Source: an uncultured Burkholderiaceae bacterium (GTDB lineage Bacteria > Pseudomonadota > Gammaproteobacteria > Burkholderiales > Burkholderiaceae_C). Taken from it: a stretch of DNA of 64,000 nucleotides. Each line of letters begins with the position of its first letter. Positions within the stretch are counted from its first letter, which is position 1. Positions 55,909-64,000 of the stretch are shown one piece after another. Under the pieces are notes generated by a model that searched no databases, was not told the origin of the DNA, and worked only from the letters and a program-made list of their open reading frames with translations. Where the stretch lies: NCBI GenBank assembly GCA_965284315.1, contig OZ260072.1, positions 1,869,243-1,933,242 on the forward strand, read 5' to 3'. The position numbers and the translations under genes were made by a program.

Positions 55909-57123
55909 ATGTTGCTTCCTGACTGGACTGTGCTGAACGCGGCAATTGATTTGATGGCCCACGGCCTGTGGGACCTGACGTGGTGGCAGATCGTGCTGTA
56001 CACGCTGGTGACCACCCACATCACCATTGCCGGCGTGACGATTTTCCTGCACCGCTCGCAATCCCACCGCGCGCTGACGCTGGGGCCCATCCCTTTCCAT
56101 TTTTTCCGCTTCTGGATGTGGATTGGTACCGGCATGGTCACCAAGGAGTTTGTGGCCATTCACCGCAAGCACCACGCCAAGGTTGACACCGAAGAAGATC
56201 CCCACAGCCCGCAGACCCGTGGCCTGAAAAAGCTGCTGCTGGAAGGTGTGGAGCTGTACCGCGCGGAGTCGAAGAACGCCGAAACCATGCTCAAGTACGG
56301 TTCGGGCACGCCCGACGACTGGCTGGAGCACAACCTCTACACCCGCTACAGCTGGCAAGGCGTGGGCCTGATGCTGATCCTCAACCTGGCCCTGTTCGGC
56401 GCCATTGGCCTGGCTGTCTGGGCGGTGCAGATGGCCTGGATTCCCATCATGGCCACCGGCGTGATCAACGGCATTGGCCACTACTGGGGGTACCGCAACT
56501 TCGAGTCACCCGATGCCAGCACCAACGTGTCGTTCTGGGGCATCGTCATCGGCGGTGAAGAGTTGCACAACAACCACCACACCTACCCCACATCGGCCAA
56601 GTTTTCGGTCAAAAAATACGAGTTCGACATCGGCTGGTTTTACATCTCGCTGATGGAGAAAATCGGCTGGGCCACCGTCAAGAAGGTTGTGCCCAAGATG
56701 CAGCTCGGCGACATCCAGCCGGTGGCCGATGAAAAGACGCTGGAAGCGTTGATCGCCAACCGCTACGAAGTCATGGCCGGCTATGCCCGTGAAATGCGCC
56801 GTGCCTGCAAGACCGAGATCGCGCAGCTCAAGGCCCGCCAGGCCGACATCTCGGTGCTTGAAGCCGCCAAGCGCTGGATGCACCGCGACGACGACAAAGT
56901 GCCCGCCACCGCCCGCACGCAGCTGGCGCAGGCCCGCGCTGCCCACCCGGTGCTGGACAAGATGGTCACCATGCGCGAAGAGCTGCGCCAGATGTGGCTC
57001 AACACCTCGCACTCGCGTGAACAGTTGGCTGCGGATTTGGCGGCCTGGTGCCACCGGGCTGAGGAAAGCGGTATTGCTGCCTTGAAAGAGTTTTCAATGA
57101 AGCTGCGCGCCGCCCGCGTCTGA
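55909..57123 (+). CDS. membrane fatty-acid (delta-9, DesA-type) desaturase with C-terminal helical extension
   Basis: His boxes HRSQSH, HRKHH and HNNHH; TM helices. ATG at 55909 preferred over the TTG at 55903. Confidence 0.88.
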   Translation: MLLPDWTVLNAAIDLMAHGLWDLTWWQIVLYTLVTTHITIAGVTIFLHRSQSHRALTLGPIPFHFFRFWMWIGTGMVTKEFVAIHRKHHAKVDTEEDPHSPQTRGLKKLLLEGVELYRAESKNAETMLKYGSGTPDDWLEHNLYTRYSWQGVGLMLILNLALFGAIGLAVWAVQMAWIPIMATGVINGIGHYWGYRNFESPDASTNVSFWGIVIGGEELHNNHHTYPTSAKFSVKKYEFDIGWFYISLMEKIGWATVKKVVPKMQLGDIQPVADEKTLEALIANRYEVMAGYAREMRRACKTEIAQLKARQADISVLEAAKRWMHRDDDKVPATARTQLAQARAAHPVLDKMVTMREELRQMWLNTSHSREQLAADLAAWCHRAEESGIAALKEFSMKLRAARV

Positions 57124-57136
57124 CCTGACCCGGTTA

Positions 57137-57192
57137 CCCGCCACGCACTGTGGCGGGCAACAAAAAAGCCGCTGAACTTCAGCGGCTTTTTT
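57137..57192. terminator. bidirectional terminator: two tandem hairpins, the second flanked by A- and T-tracts
   Basis: CCCGCCAC-GCACT-GTGGCGGG, then AAAAAA-AGCCGCTGA-ACT-TCAGCGGCT-TTTTT, between the convergent desaturase and rpmG genes. Confidence 0.85.
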
Positions 57193-57209
57193 GTTGGGGA
57201 AGCGCCAAA

Positions 57210-57380
57210 TTACTTCAGCTTGATTTCCTTGTAGTCGACATGCTTGCGAGCTTTGGGATCAAATTTCTTGATCAGCATCTTCTCGGGCGTGGTCTTCTTG
57301 TTTTTGGTCGTGGTGTAGAAATGGCCGGTACCCGCAGTGGATTCCAGCTTGATTTTTTCGCGTCCGCCTTTGGCTGCCAT
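57210..57380 (-). CDS. rpmG: 50S ribosomal protein L33
   Basis: Not in the ORF track (56 aa). My translation is [56 protein letters not shown]. Confidence 0.93.
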   Translation of the reverse strand: MAAKGGREKIKLESTAGTGHFYTTTKNKKTTPEKMLIKKFDPKARKHVDYKEIKLK

Positions 57381-57397
57381 GGTCGTGCTCCTTTAGA

Positions 57398-57631
57398 TTA
57401 AGCCTGACCACGGGCGCGCAGGTCTGCGAGCACGGCGTCGATGCCATTTTTGTCGATCAACCGCAGGGCGGCGCTGGAAACACGCAGGCGAACCCAGCGG
57501 TTTTCGGTCTCGACCCAGAAACGGCGGTATTGCAGGTTCGGCAGGAACCGGCGCTTGGTTTTGTTGTTGGCGTGGGAAACGTTGTTCCCGACCATCGGGC
57601 CTTTACCCGTTACTTCGCAGACGCGTGCCAT
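57398..57631 (-). CDS. rpmB: 50S ribosomal protein L28
   Basis: [34 protein letters not shown]... Internal ATG at 57631 chosen. Confidence 0.95.
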   Translation of the reverse strand: MARVCEVTGKGPMVGNNVSHANNKTKRRFLPNLQYRRFWVETENRWVRLRVSSAALRLIDKNGIDAVLADLRARGQA

Positions 57632-57750
57632 CAGGACACTCCGATACGTTTTAAACGGCCGCCACAAGCAGTGGGGGCCTCACCTCGCCAGAAGGGTGGC
57701 GGTAACCCAGCTGAATGGGTGCCTCACGGCAGAATTCAGCAAAGCCAAGG

Positions 57751-57756
57751 ATTATA
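57751..57756 (-). promoter_or_regulatory. candidate -10 box (TATAAT) of the rpmB-rpmG promoter
   Basis: The minus strand reads TTAGGA-N18-TATAAT about 120 nt upstream of rpmB. Confidence 0.35.
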
Positions 57757-57776
57757 GCGTTTTCCTGATTCGCGTC

Positions 57777-59593
<1,817 letters not shown>

Positions 59594-59676
59594 CACGGTA
59601 TCTGCCCTGTGAAGGGCGGGCAAAGTCCCCTCGGGCCAACGCGCCTTGGGGTAAGCTTGCGCGATTGTTCTGACTT

Positions 59677-62064
59677 ATGACGTATTCCCTCAACACTCTG
59701 GGTTCCTCTGGCGGCAACCCGGTCCGCCAGGCCACAGGCCGGTCGGCTGGCAAGGCTGCGGCCGCCGCCCGCGCGCAGGCCAGCGCGCCGCGTGCCGGGG
59801 CCAGCCGTTTTCTTGGCGAACTGGGCCTGCTGGCCGGCTTTGTGCTGCTGGTGTTCTGGTGGCTGGCCATGCTCAGCTACAGCCCACAAGACGCGGCCTG
59901 GTCGACTTCTGGCGCGGGTACACCGTTGCACAACTGGGTCGGCCGCCTGGGCGCCTGGCTGGCCGACGGCAGCTATTTTCTGTTCGGGTTTTCGGCCTGG
60001 TGGGCCTTGTTGGCGGGGGTGAAAGCCTGGCTGGGCGCGCTGGCGACCTGGCTGCGTTCGCCACAAGATGCCGGCAATGACCCCGAACCCGCCTGGCGTG
60101 GCCGCGCGCTGTTCTGGGGCAGCCTGGTGGTGTTGCTGCTGGCCAGTACCGCCATGGAGTGGTCGCGCCTGTACCGGTTCGAGGGCTTTTTGCCCGGCCC
60201 GGCAGGCGGTGCGTTGGGCTACCTGATGGGGCCCATGGGCGACAAGTGGCTGGGCTTCACCGGCTCCGGCCTGTTCTGGATTGTGCTGGGTGTGCTCAGC
60301 GCCGCGCAGGTGTTCCGCTTCACCTGGACGCAGCTGGCCGAGCGCATTGGGCGCGCGCTGGACGGCCTGTGGTTGGCCTGGGCGCACAAGCGCGAGAAGG
60401 CGCAAGACCTGGAGGTGGGCCTGCGCGCGGCGCGGGAGCGCGAGGAAATCGTGCTCGAACACCGCGCCGACGTGCGCGAACAGCCCGCTGCGCCGGTGTT
60501 CATCGAGCCGGTGCAGGCCGAAGTGCCGCAAAGCCTGCGGGTGGCGAAAGAGCGGCAAAAACCGCTGTTCACCGAGCTGCCAGACAGCAAGCTGCCGCAG
60601 GTGGACCTGCTGGACGGCGCTTTGAGCCGCCAGGAAACTGTGTCCAGCGAAACACTGGAAATGACCAGCCGGCTGATCGAGAAGAAGCTGAAAGACTTTG
60701 GGGTGGAGGTGCGGGTGGTGATGGCCTCGCCCGGCCCGGTGATCACCCGCTACGAGATTGAGCCGGCCACCGGCGTCAAGGGCTCGCAGGTGGTGAATTT
60801 GGCGCGTGACTTGGCGCGCTCGCTGAGTCTGGTGTCGATCCGCGTGATCGAGACCATTCCCGGCAAGAACTACATGGCGCTGGAGTTGCCCAACGCCAAG
60901 CGCCAAACCATCAAACTCAGCGAAATCCTTGGTTCGCAGGTGTACAACGAAGGCAAGTCGCTGCTGACCATGGGCCTGGGCAAGGACATCATTGGCAATG
61001 CCGTGGTGGCCGACCTCGCCAAGATGCCGCACGTGCTGGTGGCCGGCACCACCGGCTCCGGCAAGTCGGTGGGCATCAACGCGATGATCCTGAGCCTGCT
61101 CTACAAGGCCGAGGCGCGCGACGTGCGGCTCTTGATGATCGACCCCAAGATGCTGGAAATGAGCGTCTACGAGGGCATTCCGCACCTGCTGGCGCCGGTG
61201 GTGACCGACATGCGGCAGGCCGCGCACGGCCTCAACTGGTGCGTGGCCGAGATGGAACGCCGCTACAAGCTGCTGAGCAAGCTGGGCGTGCGCAACCTGG
61301 CCGGCTACAACGCCAAGATCGACGAAGCCAAGGCGCGCGAAGAGTTCATTTACAACCCCTTCAGCCTGACACCCGAGAGCCCCGAGCCGCTGGAGCGCCT
61401 GCCGCACATCGTGGTGGTGATCGACGAGCTGGCCGACCTGATGATGGTGGTCGGCAAGAAGATCGAGGAACTGATCGCCCGGCTGGCGCAGAAGGCCCGT
61501 GCCGCCGGCATCCATTTGATTCTGGCCACCCAGCGGCCCAGCGTGGACGTGATCACTGGCCTGATCAAGGCCAACATCCCCACCCGCATCGCCTTCCAGG
61601 TCAGCAGCAAGATCGACAGCCGCACCATCCTCGACCAGATGGGGGCCGAAGCGCTGCTGGGCATGGGCGACATGCTGTACATGCCCAGCGGCACCGGTTA
61701 CCCGATCCGGGTGCACGGTGCTTTTGTGAGTGACGAGGAAGTCCACCGCGTGGTGAGCTACCTGAAGTCCCAGGGCGAACCCAACTACGTGGAGGGTGTG
61801 CTCGAAGGCGGCGTGGCCGACGGCGACGGGGAGATGGGCGAGGGCGGTGACGGTGCCGGCACCGAGAAAGACCCGATGTACGACCAGGCGGTCGAGGTGG
61901 TGCTGAAAAACCGCAAGGCCAGCATCTCGCTGGTGCAGCGACACCTCAAGATTGGTTACAACCGCTCTGCCCGCATGCTCGAAGAAATGGAAAAATCCGG
62001 CCTGATCAGTGCCATGAGCGGCAGCGGCCAACGCGACATTCTGGTGCCTCAGCGTGCCGAATAA
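59677..62064 (+). CDS. ftsK: DNA translocase FtsK
   Basis: N-terminal TM helices, linker, motor domain (Walker [20 protein letters not shown]), and C-terminal gamma domain ([23 protein letters not shown]). Confidence 0.95.
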   Translation: MTYSLNTLGSSGGNPVRQATGRSAGKAAAAARAQASAPRAGASRFLGELGLLAGFVLLVFWWLAMLSYSPQDAAWSTSGAGTPLHNWVGRLGAWLADGSYFLFGFSAWWALLAGVKAWLGALATWLRSPQDAGNDPEPAWRGRALFWGSLVVLLLASTAMEWSRLYRFEGFLPGPAGGALGYLMGPMGDKWLGFTGSGLFWIVLGVLSAAQVFRFTWTQLAERIGRALDGLWLAWAHKREKAQDLEVGLRAAREREEIVLEHRADVREQPAAPVFIEPVQAEVPQSLRVAKERQKPLFTELPDSKLPQVDLLDGALSRQETVSSETLEMTSRLIEKKLKDFGVEVRVVMASPGPVITRYEIEPATGVKGSQVVNLARDLARSLSLVSIRVIETIPGKNYMALELPNAKRQTIKLSEILGSQVYNEGKSLLTMGLGKDIIGNAVVADLAKMPHVLVAGTTGSGKSVGINAMILSLLYKAEARDVRLLMIDPKMLEMSVYEGIPHLLAPVVTDMRQAAHGLNWCVAEMERRYKLLSKLGVRNLAGYNAKIDEAKAREEFIYNPFSLTPESPEPLERLPHIVVVIDELADLMMVVGKKIEELIARLAQKARAAGIHLILATQRPSVDVITGLIKANIPTRIAFQVSSKIDSRTILDQMGAEALLGMGDMLYMPSGTGYPIRVHGAFVSDEEVHRVVSYLKSQGEPNYVEGVLEGGVADGDGEMGEGGDGAGTEKDPMYDQAVEVVLKNRKASISLVQRHLKIGYNRSARMLEEMEKSGLISAMSGSGQRDILVPQRAE

Positions 62065-62074
62065 GGAATTTTCT

Positions 62075-62737
62075 GTGACCTCTTTGTTGCCAGGACGCAT
62101 CCTTTTTGCTTCTGTATTGATAGCATCATCGCTAGGTTTGGCTAAGGCTGATGGGCTAAAAAGCCTTGAATCCTTTGTCAAAGGCACCCACAGTGGCCGT
62201 GCCGACTTCGTGCAGACCGTGACCTCGCCCGCCAAAGACGGCCAGGCGCCCAAGGCCCGCACGTCCAGTGGCAGCTTCGAGTTCCAGCGCCCGAACCGTT
62301 TCCGCTTCAACTACAAAAAACCCTTTGAGCAAACCATCGTGGCCGACGGGCAAACCCTGTGGCTGCACGACGTGGATTTGAACCAGGTCACCGTCCGGAA
62401 ACAGTCGCAGGCGCTGGGCAGCACGCCCGCCGCGCTGATCGCCGCAGCGCCCGATCTGCGCGCGCTGCAGACCGACTTCACGCTGCAGTCCGCGCCCGAC
62501 AAAGACGGCCTGCAATGGGTCAGCGCCACGCCCAAAAACAAGGACGGCCAGTTGCAGAGCGTGCGTGTCGGCTTCAAACCGAACGACAAGGCGGCCGAAC
62601 TGGCCGTGCTGGAGATACTGGACGGCTTTGGCCAGCTGTCGCGCATCGTTTTCAGCCAGTCCGAGGTCAACCCGGTGCTGCCGAAAACCACCTTCCAGTT
62701 CAAACCCCCGGCCGGGGCCGACGTGATTCGGCCATGA
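62075..62737 (+). CDS. lolA: outer-membrane lipoprotein chaperone LolA
   Basis: Signal peptide and LolA pattern (LESFVKGTHSGRADFVQTV...FRFNYKKPFEQ). GTG at 62075 with an AAGGAA RBS preferred over the GTG at 62054. Confidence 0.85.
   Translation: MTSLLPGRILFASVLIASSLGLAKADGLKSLESFVKGTHSGRADFVQTVTSPAKDGQAPKARTSSGSFEFQRPNRFRFNYKKPFEQTIVADGQTLWLHDVDLNQVTVRKQSQALGSTPAALIAAAPDLRALQTDFTLQSAPDKDGLQWVSATPKNKDGQLQSVRVGFKPNDKAAELAVLEILDGFGQLSRIVFSQSEVNPVLPKTTFQFKPPAGADVIRP
62104..62175 (+). repeat. dispersed repeat element, copy embedded in the lolA signal-peptide region
   Basis: tttgcttctgtattgatagcatcatcgctaggtttggctaaggctgatgggctaaaaagccttgaatcc. It encodes FASVLIASSLGLAKADGLKSLES. Confidence 0.65.
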
Positions 62738-64000
62738 GTGCTGCCGGGGCGCGTGCTGCCAACCTCGGCCACACCCCGTTGGCCGAAAGACTTCGGCCGC
62801 AGACGCTGGGCGACGTGATCGGCCAGCAGCACCTGCTTGGCGCCGACATGCCCTTGCGCATTGCCTTCGAGTCCGGCCAGCCGCACAGCTGCATCCTCTG
62901 GGGGCCCCCTGGCGTGGGCAAAACCACCATCGCCCGGCTGATGGCGGACGCGTTTGAGGCGCACTTCATCACCATCAGCGCGGTGCTGGGCGGGGTGAAA
63001 GACATCCGTGAGGCGGTGGAGCAGGCGCAACTGGCCCAGGCCAAGGGCCTGCGCACCATCGTGTTTGTGGACGAGGTGCACCGCTTCAACAAAAGCCAGC
63101 AGGACGCGTTTTTGCCACACGTGGAAAGCGGCCTGTTCACCTTCATTGGCGCCACCACCGAAAACCCGTCATTCGAGGTCAACTCGGCTTTGCTCTCGCG
63201 TGCGGTGGTGTATGTGCTGCAGCCGCTCACAGCGCCAGATTTAGAGCAAATAGTGGCCAAGGCCCAGGCAATTGCTGGTATTCCTGCTATTGAAAAGGAA
63301 GCGTCCCAGCGGCTGGTGGCCTACGCCGACGGCGACGCACGCCGGCTGCTGAACACGCTGGAAATGCTGGCTGTGGCCGCCGTCAAAGACCGGCTCGCCG
63401 AGATCACCGACGCCTGGGTGCTGCGGGTGCTGGGCGAGAAAATGCGCCGCTACGACAAGGGTGGCGAGCAGTTCTACGACAGCATCAGCGCGCTGCACAA
63501 GTCGGTGCGCGGCTCCGACCCGGACGCCGCGCTGTACTGGTTTGTGCGCATGCTCGACGGCGGTGCCGACCCGCGCTACATGGCACGCCGGCTGGTCCGC
63601 ATGGCCAGCGAAGACATTGGCCTGGCCGACCCGCGTGCATTGCGCCTGGCGCTGGACGCCGCCGAGACCTACGAGCGCCTGGGTTCACCCGAGGGCGAGT
63701 TGACCTTGGCACAGTGTGTGCTGTACTTGGCCATGGCCCCCAAATCCAACGCCGCCTACAAGGCCTTCAACGAAGCCAAGGCGCTGGTCAAGAAAGACGG
63801 CACCCGGCCCGTGCCGCTGCACCTGCGCAACGCGCCCACCCAGCTGATGAAGCAACTCGACTACGGCCGTGACTACCGCTACGCCCACAACGAGGAAGGT
63901 GGTTTTGCCGCCGGCGAAAACTACTTCCCCGACGGCATGGGCGCCCCCGAGTTCTACCGCCCGGTCGAGCGGGGGCTGGAGATCCGCATTGCCGAACGGC
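62734..64000 (+). CDS. rarA: replication-associated recombination protein A (3' end outside window)
   Basis: Not in the track because the frame is open at the window end. ATGA overlap with lolA. My translation is MSAAGARAANLGHTPLAERLRPQTLGDVIGQQHLLG...ILWGPPGVGKTT; later FVDEVHRFNK and MGS-like C-terminal motifs. Confidence 0.92.
   Translation, partial: MSAAGARAANLGHTPLAERLRPQTLGDVIGQQHLLGADMPLRIAFESGQPHSCILWGPPGVGKTTIARLMADAFEAHFITISAVLGGVKDIREAVEQAQLAQAKGLRTIVFVDEVHRFNKSQQDAFLPHVESGLFTFIGATTENPSFEVNSALLSRAVVYVLQPLTAPDLEQIVAKAQAIAGIPAIEKEASQRLVAYADGDARRLLNTLEMLAVAAVKDRLAEITDAWVLRVLGEKMRRYDKGGEQFYDSISALHKSVRGSDPDAALYWFVRMLDGGADPRYMARRLVRMASEDIGLADPRALRLALDAAETYERLGSPEGELTLAQCVLYLAMAPKSNAAYKAFNEAKALVKKDGTRPVPLHLRNAPTQLMKQLDYGRDYRYAHNEEGGFAAGENYFPDGMGAPEFYRPVERGLEIRIAER

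Noticed and set aside
63241-63300. Additional repeat-family copy inside rarA
   Set aside because: It is a low-GC patch (ttagagcaaatagtggcc...gctggtattcctgctattgaaaagg) that resembles only the left arm. That is too weak to call without a statistical model, so it is mentioned only as a possible degenerate copy.

Overview
High-GC betaproteobacterial chromosome segment; gene content and synteny look like Burkholderiales/Comamonadaceae. Single 60-nt lines I counted in typical genes are 72-75% GC. I call about 70 protein genes on both strands. There is no rRNA, tRNA, CRISPR array, transposase or integrase. Most of the window is housekeeping: DUF1800/DUF1501 pair, ECF sigma module, slt, cca, a tauABCD-like sulfonate cluster, folB region, ttcA, ruvAB, phoH-ybeY, tyrS, queC, purN, rpmBG, and the conserved trxB-ftsK-lolA-rarA block. 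There is also a complete type II secretion cluster (gspC divergent from gspGHIJKLMNDEF) and a TetR-controlled flavin monooxygenase/SDR/hydrolase operon. Two things stand out. (1) A lower-GC island of about 5.7 kb (about 25.94-31.63 kb; counted lines 50-52% GC) sits between the M23 peptidase gene and gspC. It carries a Tat-exported molybdopterin oxidoreductase subunit, a [2Fe-2S] subunit with a large insertion, and an orphan 409-aa hyper-acidic Gly/Leu-rich protein built partly from in-frame 39-bp tandem repeats. A small secreted protein gene and a cytochrome c gene converge on this operon. (2) A dispersed low-GC repeat family of about 70 bp has at least 7 clear copies in the window. Four lie at gene 3' ends, and at least three are embedded in frame inside conserved genes (cca, an ABC transporter linker, the lolA signal peptide region). 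All functional calls come from reading motifs in the translated ORFs by eye; no database search was possible.
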